From IMG/VR virus record IMGVR_UViG_3300035034_002688: DNA of 64,000 nt; one strand, 5' to 3'. This DNA comes from an uncultured virus (IMG/VR IMGVR_UViG_3300035034_002688) (Duplodnaviria > Heunggongvirae > Uroviricota > Caudoviricetes). This document shows positions 26,170-35,392 of the stretch, in pieces (the first letter of the stretch is position 1; the number at the start of each line of letters is the position of its first letter). A program made the translations under genes and the position numbers. Below the pieces are notes generated by a model. The model saw only the letters and a list, made by a program, of their open reading frames with translations. It was not told where the DNA came from and did not search any database.

Positions 26170-26784
26170 TCAGCGGGCGGGGACCGTGAAGACCCCCTGA
26201 GGTCCGAGGCCCAGCGTTCCGGGGTAGGCCGCCTGGATGGCCTCCCACGCCGCCCTCTTCTCGGTCTTCGGGACGCTCCAGCGCTTGGAGTCGCCATCGA
26301 ACTTGCGGCCCTTCACCTTGCGAATGGCGTCTACGAATCCCTCATCGTAGGTCGTGTCGAGGAAGAGACGGTCGCCCTCGACCTCGATTCGGACGTCGGC
26401 CAGCTTGCTACCGACCTTGGTGGCCAGCACCGTGTAGCCCATCTGGGTGAGGGCCTTGAGGCACACGATGGCGTCGTCCTGGTGGGTCTTGGCCTTGCGC
26501 CACACGGCGAGCGCAATGTTGAGGGCCTTGGCTGCCGACCTGGAGTCGTTGTCCAGGACCGCCTTCATCGTGCGGTCTGCGAGGCCGTCGACCGTGAGGT
26601 CCTGGAGGGTCTTGGACACCTCCTTCGCGGTGCGGTCGTCGATGTCGTGGGCATCCTCGTACCCGTACTTGCCCCTGCAAATCGGGCCGATGCCGAACTC
26701 GATCGAGGTGGGGTCCGTGAGGGCCCGGCCGCAGCACGAGCAGTGTGTGGGTATGACGTTGTAGATGCGGTAGTCAATGGCCAT
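26170..26784 (-). CDS. DUF6011-like zinc-finger protein with C-terminal HARP-like domain
   Basis: CSCCGRALTDPTSIEFGIGPIC; FVDAIRKVKGRKFDGDSKRWSVP. Confidence 0.75.
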   Translation of the reverse strand: MAIDYRIYNVIPTHCSCCGRALTDPTSIEFGIGPICRGKYGYEDAHDIDDRTAKEVSKTLQDLTVDGLADRTMKAVLDNDSRSAAKALNIALAVWRKAKTHQDDAIVCLKALTQMGYTVLATKVGSKLADVRIEVEGDRLFLDTTYDEGFVDAIRKVKGRKFDGDSKRWSVPKTEKRAAWEAIQAAYPGTLGLGPQGVFTVPAR

Positions 26785-26789
26785 GGTAT

Positions 26790-26877
26790 TCTCTCCCGTC
26801 GTGTTGCGCCGTTGGGGCGCGGTGTGTCTCGCTTCGTCTTACACACTCTATATACCACAAGGGTGGGGGACCGTAAA
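26790..26877 (-). promoter_or_regulatory. Conserved phage promoter plus 5' leader hairpin
   Basis: TTTACG-N17-TATATA, GTAAGAC, GCGCC-CCAAC-GGCGC, CACGAC; same architecture as 14073-14150. Confidence 0.75.
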
Positions 26878-27553
26878 AACAAATGCACAAATCCCCCATA
26901 CGATTGGCGTCGCATGGGGGATTCCGGCTAGCCGGACGTGCGCCGTGTGGATTGCAGGATACTACGGCTCTTCCTGGCAAGATCACCCGACCCCGTGAGG
27001 GGAGGAAGGTTTCCGGCATACTAATACCGAATTCGGTCTCTTGCTGCGGGCGATACTGGCGCCTCCACCCGCTGGGCTGCTATCTCAAATCGAATAGGTG
27101 TAGCTCTCGCTGTCCCATGTGGTGTTAAAGCTGACGACCATTGGGGAGTCTCTTTTGGTACATCCCCAGGGGAGGATCTCCCAACCGTTACCCGAGTAGC
27201 CTCCATATCCTCGAAAATCATGGTCTATGATGTACCCCGCTCTCGTTGGGTCCTGGAGGATGGCCCACGCACATCCGGCGCGAAACCACGCACCGGGTGT
27301 GAGGGTCTCACCCTTGCGGGTGGGATGTGTACCTTCGGCACACATCCATGTCACGAGGTCACCCAAGGCCACGCTCTTGTGTGTGTGTACCCCTCCAGAC
27401 TCTCTACTACATAGGCCACCATGTGGTCCCACTCGTCGGTTGGCCGTTTATATTCGGCCAACAGCCAGACCACTCGTGAAATGTTCTCCGGCACGCTACG
27501 AGTGTCCTGGAGCGCCTGTCGTAGCGCGCCCCATACGAGCTTCATGTCTTCCA

Positions 27554-27946
27554 TCAGGAAGCCTGCTGTGTGGTCTTGGAGGGGGTGTAGGACTTCTGGA
27601 GGACCTTCCACAGCTCCCGGCCCCTCTCCAGGGTCACGATGGTGGAGCCGCGCACTTGACCTCGCGTGTCGAACTTGCGCATCTGCACCAGCTCACCACG
27701 CGCCTCGAACTCGACGCGGGGGTACTGCACGTTCACGCCGAGCTTGGCCTTGAACGTGTGGACCGTTCCGCCCTCCGAGTTGAGGTACCCCTCACGTGCG
27801 TTCAGCCTCTCCCGCTGCGCCCTGAGGATTTCCCGGCTCTCGTCGAGGGCCTTGTCCACTTCGGGAACCTTCTCCACCGCGTTCGCAATGGCGGCGCCGA
27901 TTCCGATCATCATCCCTACGTCCTTGCTCCAGCTCTTCGTATCCAT
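27554..27946 (-). CDS. Hypothetical protein
   Basis: Start MDTKS after GGGAG; TTTACG-N17-TATATA promoter at 28017-27989. Confidence 0.7.
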   Translation of the reverse strand: MDTKSWSKDVGMMIGIGAAIANAVEKVPEVDKALDESREILRAQRERLNAREGYLNSEGGTVHTFKAKLGVNVQYPRVEFEARGELVQMRKFDTRGQVRGSTIVTLERGRELWKVLQKSYTPSKTTQQAS

Positions 27947-28025
27947 CTTATGCTCCCTTGTCGTGGTGTGTCGTTCTATCTTACCTCCTATATACCACAA
28001 GGACGTGAGGTCGTAAAAAGAATCT

Positions 28026-28301
28026 TCAAAGGAGGCGTGCGCGAAGCTCCTCAAGACAGAAGAGACGTCTTTGGGTCACCACTTCGGTCTGCGTAGCGTA
28101 GAAGGCCTTCTCCTGGGGCGGCACCTTGAGTACCAGCCGGGACGCGAACGCGTCGTCTGTGTAGCCTTGGGCGTCGAAGCGGATACCGCTGGAGTTGAAC
28201 GTACCGTCTTCGCGTTGAGTGACGACGCGAAAGCATCCTGCGCCGTCGGCGTAGGTGGCTCCGTCTTCGAGCCGGAAGGATTCATCAGGGTAGAACTGCA
28301 T
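28026..28301 (-). CDS. Hypothetical protein
   Basis: 91-aa ORF with GGAG RBS. Confidence 0.6.
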   Translation of the reverse strand: MQFYPDESFRLEDGATYADGAGCFRVVTQREDGTFNSSGIRFDAQGYTDDAFASRLVLKVPPQEKAFYATQTEVVTQRRLFCLEELRARLL

Positions 28302-28501
28302 GGGGGTTACTCCGTAGAGGCTCTTGAGCGGAGAAGGTAAAGCGCTCTCACGGCCTCTTCATGGGTAGGGTAAGAAACAGGGTCTACGGACGATCCAACA
28401 TATGTGCGAACCTTCGGCTGCGTGGCAGTTGCAAGGGTAGCATTGAATCCACCCGGACGGGTGGTAGGCCTCGTCCATCGTGACGTCGTAGTGAGGCGCG
28501 T

Positions 28502-29006
28502 CTACGCCCCCGTTAAGGTCCTGGGTCCTCGGTGGGAAACCGGCGAGCTACCAAGGTCCCACATGGCCACGAGCCCTTCCAGAAGGCTTGCGCTTTTACC
28601 GGCTGTGTGTTGGAGGATGCCCTCTGGTTCAATCACAGGTACCACGCGGATAGAATGCACATGCGTGCCCAGGAGATCGGTGAGCTTGTCGTGAGTCTCC
28701 TCCACTCGGTTGATGTCCCTCACCACGCAGTTGAGACGGCCCTCCTGGCCGCTCACAAAGAGGACACCTCGGAACAGTTTGGGATACGTGACGTAGAACA
28801 TTTCCATATAGCGCACGCAAGCGTTACGCGAGTCGAACGCGATGAACGTATGTGCTCGGAGATGCTCGGAGATGCTCGTCAGCGCCGGGATACACAGCCT
28901 GGAGGACCTTGTAGGCTGGGATGTTGCGTTGGGCGGGCGGCTGAAGTATTCCATGCTCCAAGGGCTTGTGGTCCACATATGCGATTTGGTGGAAGATGTT
29001 TGACAT
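28502..29006 (-). pseudogene. Hypothetical gene frameshifted by a 10-bp tandem duplication
   Basis: TGCTCGGAGA x2.6 at 28853-28878; EHLRA appears in both frames, and removing one unit joins MSNIF...GADEHLRA to HTFIAFDSRN... Confidence 0.7.
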
Positions 29007-29037
29007 GTAAACGCTCCTACTCAAGAAAGGGTGTGGG

Positions 29038-29256
29038 TTACTTGGAGCGGTACGTGATGCGGCCCCTCGTGAGGTCGTACGGAGACAGCTCGACGGTCAC
29101 CATATCCCCTGGGAGGATCTTGATGTTGAACTTGCGGATCTTCCCGGACACGTGGCCGATCACCGTATGCCCGTTCTCGATCTCAATGGAGAACTTCGCG
29201 TTCCCCAGGGCCTCGATCACCTTGCCCTCTACCTCTACTGCCTCTTCTTTGGCCAT
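29038..29256 (-). CDS. infA: Translation initiation factor IF-1
   Basis: [22 protein letters not shown]...[33 protein letters not shown], 72 aa, GAGGAG RBS. Confidence 0.97.
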   Translation of the reverse strand: MAKEEAVEVEGKVIEALGNAKFSIEIENGHTVIGHVSGKIRKFNIKILPGDMVTVELSPYDLTRGRITYRSK

Positions 29257-29378
29257 GACGCTACGCTCCTCAGTTGGTCGCCGTGAGGAAGTCTCACGGC
29301 GGATTGAGAGGGAACTTAGCACAAGAGGTTAGAGGTCGTCAAGAGGTCGGTTAATCTATTGTTCGGGCCTGTGGGTGG

Positions 29379-30104
29379 TCACGGGCAAGGTACCGGGACG
29401 TAGTGAAGGTCAGGCCAAGTCTTTGCGAGGTGAGGCAAGGCCGACGTGGGAAGCCGCTTGATGGCGAGCATATAGTCCCCCACCTCGGAGACGGATTCAG
29501 CGCTGTACGTCGAAGCCCATTTGAGAACGTCCCCCAAGAGTCGTGAGTCGCATTGCAAAAGCACATCACAATGTGTGATCTCTCCCGAGAGCAGGACGTC
29601 CGCGTCTGCTACGCCCTCCCACAGGTGGGTCTCATCACCGACCTCTCCCCACACCAGATCAACCTCCCAGTCCGGCCAGAAGCGGTTGGTCCAGCCGCGT
29701 ACAGCGCGCACGACCTCATCGGGGTCGACGGGATCAGGCCACCTCACGAGCGGGTTGCTGAAGGGGTCCTCGACGTGGCTGAATTGGACCCCGCTGTCCA
29801 GCTCCTCCTCTCCGAAGTCCCTGGCGATCTCCTCCTGGGAGCGTACGAACTCGTCGGTGATCAGGCTCATCAGGTAGACCTGCCTGGACCCGTAGCGCGT
29901 GGAGACCTCGACCTGCACGTCGCAGTAGTGGCGCTCCCCCATGCTGGCGTCCTCACTCCACACGAGGACTCGGCTTGGGCCTGGAGACTTCAGCCACCGC
30001 TCCATGCCGGTAGCGAGCACACAGGGCTCATCTCCAGCCCATTTGCGCCACGTGTGCATCGCCCGAAAGGGCACCCTCTTCAATTCACCCATCTCACCCG
30101 CCAA
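29379..30104 (-). CDS. Hypothetical protein
   Basis: 241-aa ORF, start uncertain. Confidence 0.6.
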   Translation of the reverse strand: MAGEMGELKRVPFRAMHTWRKWAGDEPCVLATGMERWLKSPGPSRVLVWSEDASMGERHYCDVQVEVSTRYGSRQVYLMSLITDEFVRSQEEIARDFGEEELDSGVQFSHVEDPFSNPLVRWPDPVDPDEVVRAVRGWTNRFWPDWEVDLVWGEVGDETHLWEGVADADVLLSGEITHCDVLLQCDSRLLGDVLKWASTYSAESVSEVGDYMLAIKRLPTSALPHLAKTWPDLHYVPVPCP

Positions 30105-30202
30105 CGCTCAAGATCACAGGAGGTCCGAGCCGCCTACTTATGATGGTGTGAGTATCAATACCGTATTGACCAGAACCCTCTACCCTCCCCCTGGAGCCTA
30201 CC

Positions 30203-31105
30203 GTGATTTTGCAAGATGTGACCGTTGATCCGACCCCTGGAAAGAGCCTGCGCACCCTGGAGGTCGATTCGAGGATGATCCTTCAGCTCTTTGACACGGG
30301 AAAGGTCGCCATCCCCGAGGAGCTTCCGGAGGGCCTGGAGCTTTGGCCCAACCAGCCGGTGGTCTTGCGCAGCGGCCAGACGTCGGCTGTTGGTCTGGTG
30401 GATTCAAGAGGTCAAAACATCATCCGGGTCAACGAAGAGCTGGAGTTCTTCGGCATCCGGGGGCGAAACAAGGAGCAGCAGGGACTGCTTCACCTCCTGC
30501 GTAGCCAGGGCGTACGCGTCATGGTGATCACGGGCCCGGCCGGAACGGGCAAGAGCCTCCTGGTCAGCGCGTGGGCGCTTCACATGCTCTTGAACGAAAA
30601 GAAGTGGAGCAAGCTCATGCTCTCCAAGCCGTTGGAGATCACCACGGGCACGAGGTACTGGGGGACGGTCCCAGGCGACGCAGACGACAAGTTCGCCCCC
30701 TTCCTGCGCTCGTACATGATGACCTTCGAGAGCCTTGTGGGAGAGAAGGGCATGGAGTACATCCACACGGCCCGTGACAAGGGTGCGATTGAGTTCTTCC
30801 CCCTGGAGCTTATGCGTGGCGTGTCCATCCGTAAGGCGCTCGTATGGTACGATGAGGTCCAGAACCTGAACGCCCATGAGATGCAGACGCTGGGATCACG
30901 TATCGACGACGTGGGCGGGACCAACCTCATCATCTCCGGCGACATCAAGCAGCGAGACAAGGACATCGACATCCGACAGACCGGCTTGAGCAAGATGGTC
31001 AGCTCCAAGGCCTTCCTGAAGTCGCCATTGACTGCACACGTCCACCTCTCTCGAATCGAGCGCGGCGCGGTTGCGCAGCTCTTCCACGACGTCTTCGACC
31101 GCTGA
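30203..31105 (+). CDS. phoH: PhoH-family ATPase
   Basis: GRNKEQ, GPAGTGKS, PGDADDKFAPF, MRGVSI, DEVQN, SGDIKQRD motifs. Confidence 0.92.
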   Translation: MILQDVTVDPTPGKSLRTLEVDSRMILQLFDTGKVAIPEELPEGLELWPNQPVVLRSGQTSAVGLVDSRGQNIIRVNEELEFFGIRGRNKEQQGLLHLLRSQGVRVMVITGPAGTGKSLLVSAWALHMLLNEKKWSKLMLSKPLEITTGTRYWGTVPGDADDKFAPFLRSYMMTFESLVGEKGMEYIHTARDKGAIEFFPLELMRGVSIRKALVWYDEVQNLNAHEMQTLGSRIDDVGGTNLIISGDIKQRDKDIDIRQTGLSKMVSSKAFLKSPLTAHVHLSRIERGAVAQLFHDVFDR

Positions 31106-31121
31106 ATCCTCCCAATACGAG

Positions 31122-31161
31122 AGAGGCCCCCGATGAGTCAAATCTCATCGGGGGCCTCTTT
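31122..31161. terminator. Intrinsic (probably bidirectional) terminator
   Basis: AGAGGCCCCCGATGAG-TCAAAT-CTCATCGGGGGCCTCT between convergent genes. Confidence 0.85.
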
Positions 31162-31176
31162 GCTTCGGGTCGAGCG

Positions 31177-32895
31177 TCAGTTGACTTGATTGAGGTCGGT
31201 TCCTGCCAGGAGCGAAGCCATGCGGTCGCGGTTCTCGGCCGGCACGAAGTCGCCTTCCAGCTCCACGATGCGAGCCGAAGACGCGTACTTCGCGCGGACA
31301 CCCTCACGACGAACCGGATCGTAGCCGACCCATCCGAGGATGGTGCGGATCTCCTCTTCCATCGTCTGAATGAGCGGCGGCTTGGTCCGCACCACCTCCT
31401 CCAGGATCTCGGTCGTGAGCACCTTCTCCTCGGTCATGTAGGCCTTGCGCATGCCGTCACACACCACCTGCTCAATCTCACGGCCCGTCAGGTTGGACGA
31501 GGACGCAGCCAGGAGGTTCGTATCCACCGCATCCTTCTTGCCCATGCCATCCCTCCAGTATTTGGAGAGCTGGATGTCGAAGCAGATCTTGCGCGCCTCG
31601 ACGTCCGGGAGCCCGACGAAATACTTCTCCTCGAAGCGAGAGACCAGCTCGGGCGGAAGAGACGTGATGCCGTTGGCGGTCGCGATGACGAAGATGTCCT
31701 CAGCGTGGTCCTGGAACCAGCTCAGGAACGTACCGATGACGCGCGCCGTCGTGCCCGAGTCCGAGAACGACGAGGACTGACTCCCCGCGAGACCCTTCTC
31801 AATCTCATCCACGAAGACCACGGCAGGGGCCACCGCTTCGATGTCCTGAAGCGCGCGCCTCATGTTGGCCTCGGAGTCACCCACGCGCGCCGAGAAGAGC
31901 GCCGACGGGTCGAAACGTACGAACGAGACGCCCATCTCCTTGGCCAGCGCCTTGGCCATCAGGGACTTGCCGCAGCCGGGGACGCCGATCATCAGGAGGC
32001 CACGGGAGTTGGGGACTCCCCACGCACGCCCCTCCGGGGTCCACGCCTCGCGCACTTCCATCAGGCGACCCTTGAGCGCGTCCAGACCGGCTACGTCGTC
32101 AAACGTGAGCATCGGGTCGACCAGCTCCAGCAGGTCGGACTTCTCGATGATGGCCCGCCTCTCTTGAACCATGCTGTCGAGGGTGACCTTGTAGTCCGGG
32201 GAGGAGATCGTCAGCCGCGTGACGATCTCACGCACTTGGTGTAGCGTCAGACCCCGACACGCCTTCACGAAGTCTTCGCCCACCTCTTCCTCGGCGTCTC
32301 GGCCGGCCGGGAGCGTGTAGTCCGGCATGTAGGCCTGGAAGTGACTCTCCAGGCTCGTCAGGTAGCTCTTGAGGTGGGGGTCGCTCGGGTTGCCGTAGTC
32401 CAACACCGAGACGTACGGCTCCAGCTTGGGAGGGAGCTTACCCGTGGGACTCACCAGGATCAGCATGCGCCTCATGCTCGTGTTGCGGCCCGAAGAGCAC
32501 GCGATGTTGAGGATGCGCCGCTGCACCTGCGCATCGTTGAGGTACACGTCCGCGTCCAGCATCAGGTAGAAGAGGTCCGCGCCCTTGTTACCCTGGCGCG
32601 TCTCATACACCGTCTGTAGCATTTGCAGCGGGTTGCGCGATGCGGCATCGTCCACCGTGCTCGCGAGCGTGTTCATCTCGTCGAGGTAGCCTCCGGCCGC
32701 GCGCGTGCCGAACGAAGGGTTCCAGACCTGTAGCTCATACGGCGGTGAGACGTCCTTACCCTCCCTCTCACGCGCCGCCTCCGCCGCCTTGAGGAACTTG
32801 CCATGAAGCTCCTCAACCAGCCTCACCTCATCATTGGTCTTAACCATGAGGACGGGTGTGAGTGAGCGGAGATAATCGAGAAGCGGTGCGGCCAT
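31177..32895 (-). CDS. Ycf46-like AAA+ ATPase
   Basis: Degenerate N-terminal AAA domain; GVPGCGKS, VFVDEIEKG, ATAN, LPPEL..RF, TGREIEQ. Confidence 0.88.
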   Translation of the reverse strand: MAAPLLDYLRSLTPVLMVKTNDEVRLVEELHGKFLKAAEAAREREGKDVSPPYELQVWNPSFGTRAAGGYLDEMNTLASTVDDAASRNPLQMLQTVYETRQGNKGADLFYLMLDADVYLNDAQVQRRILNIACSSGRNTSMRRMLILVSPTGKLPPKLEPYVSVLDYGNPSDPHLKSYLTSLESHFQAYMPDYTLPAGRDAEEEVGEDFVKACRGLTLHQVREIVTRLTISSPDYKVTLDSMVQERRAIIEKSDLLELVDPMLTFDDVAGLDALKGRLMEVREAWTPEGRAWGVPNSRGLLMIGVPGCGKSLMAKALAKEMGVSFVRFDPSALFSARVGDSEANMRRALQDIEAVAPAVVFVDEIEKGLAGSQSSSFSDSGTTARVIGTFLSWFQDHAEDIFVIATANGITSLPPELVSRFEEKYFVGLPDVEARKICFDIQLSKYWRDGMGKKDAVDTNLLAASSSNLTGREIEQVVCDGMRKAYMTEEKVLTTEILEEVVRTKPPLIQTMEEEIRTILGWVGYDPVRREGVRAKYASSARIVELEGDFVPAENRDRMASLLAGTDLNQVN

Positions 32896-32973
32896 GTTCT
32901 TACCCTTTGATTGACTTCTGTACTGGAAACGAATGGTCAGCGACGATACCGTACTACAGCGGAGCGGTCAACG

Positions 32974-33510
32974 TCAAGTAGTAGACTCAACGGTCTTCCA
33001 AGTGTCCATCGGATGCTGGATGAAGTACACCCGGTTGATGGGGACAGGGGTGTTGATGAGGTCGCCTCGGTCGGGGTCGTGCTCGTAGTCTCCAGCAATC
33101 ACGCTCTTCTCATCCTTGGCGAGCGCGACGTCGTTCACCATTCCGCAGCTCGGGCACGTGCACCGGAGCACCTTGTCACCTGCCAGGGAGAAGTTGCTCC
33201 AGATCGGGGCCTTACCCTCCACCACCTCGCAGGAGGCCGCCGTGAACGTCAGCTCCTTGGGGATGCCCATGTCAATGCCCACCGGGAGGTTGTAGTCCGG
33301 GTTGATGAAGTAGAAGAGCGGCTCCGTACATGAGCTACTACAGCAGCGCTGCACGTAACACGAGTAGGACTCCTGAGAGTACGAAACCGTGCTCTCGTAG
33401 TAGGAGAGGGAGGCGTCCCCCGAATCGAGCCCACGACCCACATACGTGGAGGTCTCCGTATCCTCCGACAACAGGTCATGGTTCTTGAACATCTGGTCAA
33501 GTCGTGACAT
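32974..33510 (-). CDS. Hypothetical Cys-containing protein
   Basis: 178-aa ORF, CCSSSC and CTCPSCG; TTGACG-N18-TATAGT promoter upstream. Confidence 0.7.
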   Translation of the reverse strand: MSRLDQMFKNHDLLSEDTETSTYVGRGLDSGDASLSYYESTVSYSQESYSCYVQRCCSSSCTEPLFYFINPDYNLPVGIDMGIPKELTFTAASCEVVEGKAPIWSNFSLAGDKVLRCTCPSCGMVNDVALAKDEKSVIAGDYEHDPDRGDLINTPVPINRVYFIQHPMDTWKTVESTT

Positions 33511-33691
33511 GGCTTCCTTCCTTCAATCTCTCTGTTATTCTAGACCCCGGTGAGGGACTATACCCTAGCCGGCAGGGTAGCGTCAACTCTTTTTGCGACC
33601 GGGCAGCTTAAAAGACCCCTCAAACGAAGAGAGGAGGCTCAACCCGTCTCCGGGGGGCCTCCTCTCTCACTCGCTCCTGATTCGGAGACGC

Positions 33692-34117
33692 TCAGCCGTA
33701 CATGGGCTTGGTGCTGACATACACGATGTCACCCTGGCTCAGCTTGCCGCCGTAGCCCTCGATGTAGGGGATCTCGTCACCCACGGTGTACGAGTTCTCG
33801 ATGATGTCGCCGTCCTCGCTGGCGTTCAGGAGGAACGTGTGGTTGGAGTACGCCTGCTTGAGGGGACCCTCGACGAACGCCTTGGCCGAGGTGCAGTCCT
33901 CGTCGAAGGAGCACGACTCCGCGTTGGTGTCGATGGTGACGCCCGTGTAGCGGAAGCGCTCCACCTCGGCCCCGTCCATCTTGTAGTCGAGCTGGCCGTT
34001 GGTGACCTTGAAGTAGTGGTCCTTGGTGCGCGTGTAGGCGCACTTAAGCTCCTTGAGCGCAGCCTCGACGGCCTCGGGGTTGTTGTACTTGGTCTGGATC
34101 GTGATTTTGCGGGACAT
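33692..34117 (-). CDS. DUF1257-like protein
   Basis: MSRKITIQTKYNNPEAVEAALKEL...LKQAYS pattern; GAGGAG RBS; next to Ycf46-like ATPase. Confidence 0.6.
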   Translation of the reverse strand: MSRKITIQTKYNNPEAVEAALKELKCAYTRTKDHYFKVTNGQLDYKMDGAEVERFRYTGVTIDTNAESCSFDEDCTSAKAFVEGPLKQAYSNHTFLLNASEDGDIIENSYTVGDEIPYIEGYGGKLSQGDIVYVSTKPMYG

Positions 34118-34249
34118 GTCCTGCTCCTCTATGGATGGATGGATGCACATGCAGCCCGGCTACATGCTCTTGTTCTGTGACTCGCGGTAGACACACCAAG
34201 GAGTCAACTATGGTGCCAGGAGGTTTGCTTCCCTGGCAAGGCGTAGAAC

Positions 34250-34459
34250 TCAGCTATCCGAGCCCTGGACGAACGCGGTATCGTGCACCGGAGCACAGTC
34301 GCCGTCAGGGATGTCCTCGTCAGACGTGATGGTACCCATGCGATTGGCCGCCACGTAGATCTCTCCGCAAAGGTGCTGGCCTCGTGCGACCACCTGCTGA
34401 GTGACCTCTCCGTCCTTGTGAATGACCGTGATGTACTTCATCCCTTGCTTCGTGCTCAT
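34250..34459 (-). CDS. DUF2997-like small protein
   Basis: ITVIHKDGEVTQQVV...C pattern, 69 aa, upstream of DUF1257-like gene. Confidence 0.55.
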   Translation of the reverse strand: MSTKQGMKYITVIHKDGEVTQQVVARGQHLCGEIYVAANRMGTITSDEDIPDGDCAPVHDTAFVQGSDS

Positions 34460-34540
34460 AATGTACTCCCGTGATATGTTTTGGCTACAACCCTGCAACC
34501 GAGGAAGACCTTACCGCAACCCAATGCAGAAGGTCAAGAG

Positions 34541-35350
34541 CTATTTGTCGTCAGCCTTCCCCGATTTTCCCAGACGAACGCGGAGCTTTGATCCCCCTCT
34601 CTTCGACTTGGAGTCGTCAGCGGGGTCTGTCACCGCCCACGGGTTCGGTTGAATCACCTGGACGTTACCGGCAGGCTGGGGGGACTTGGCGTGTGTCCCC
34701 GGTGCCCCTGGGAGAATGATACCGCTCTTTGGAGCTGGGGTGTTGTAGGTCGACGCCGCGCCGAGTCTCTTGGACGCATCCCCTTCTAGTACAGGCGCGC
34801 TCGCGGGCGCGGGCTCGTGTGCGCGCTCGCGGGCGGGTGCAGGCTCACGGGCGGGCTCGTGCGCGGGTGTGGGCTCGTGCGCAGGCTCGTGCGCAGGCTC
34901 GGGCGCGTGTGCGGGCGAGTCTCCCTTGAGCAGCGACACCGCGCGCTCTAGCTTTTCGGGGGACTCAGTACGCGTGTCCAGCATTCCGTGGTGTACCCGA
35001 CGGTCCGCAGCAGGTGTGGAGGTGTCGAGTACCGCTGCATCCCCCTCGACCGTGATCGGGGAGAGCGACCAGTCGGACACTTGCGCGACGCTCTGCTTGA
35101 AAGACTTGAAATCCTGAGAGGAGAGCGTCGCGAACAGCGGATCATCAGATGCCAGGAAGGTCGGACTGTTGAGGCCCTCAAGCTGGCGCTTCATCCTCCG
35201 TGTCCACGAGAGGCCGTGGTACGACGACCGGTGACACTCCGGGTTGAGGCATCGGTTGCAAAAGGCCTGCTCGAATTGTTCGATCGTCGCCTGCACGCCC
35301 GTGTCCTGAAGACACTCGCGTACGAAATCACCCTTGGTGTCACTCGACAT
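34541..35350 (-). CDS. Hypothetical protein with Cys cluster and PAHE repeats
   Basis: EC...FCNRCLNPECHRS; (PAHE/PARE)n from 12-bp repeats at about 34800-34910. Confidence 0.7.
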   Translation of the reverse strand: MSSDTKGDFVRECLQDTGVQATIEQFEQAFCNRCLNPECHRSSYHGLSWTRRMKRQLEGLNSPTFLASDDPLFATLSSQDFKSFKQSVAQVSDWSLSPITVEGDAAVLDTSTPAADRRVHHGMLDTRTESPEKLERAVSLLKGDSPAHAPEPAHEPAHEPTPAHEPAREPAPARERAHEPAPASAPVLEGDASKRLGAASTYNTPAPKSGIILPGAPGTHAKSPQPAGNVQVIQPNPWAVTDPADDSKSKRGGSKLRVRLGKSGKADDK

Positions 35351-35392
35351 ACCCACACCTCGCATAGTCCTCTTACCCCTCCTACAAGAGGA

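Noticed and set aside
27021..27611. Overlapping short minus-strand ORFs
   Set aside because: Conflicting frames and no motifs; possibly a decayed gene but boundaries cannot be fixed
30155..30169. TCAATAC-C-GTATTGA palindrome between divergent genes
   Set aside because: Single 7-bp arm pair with no second copy or cognate regulator seen
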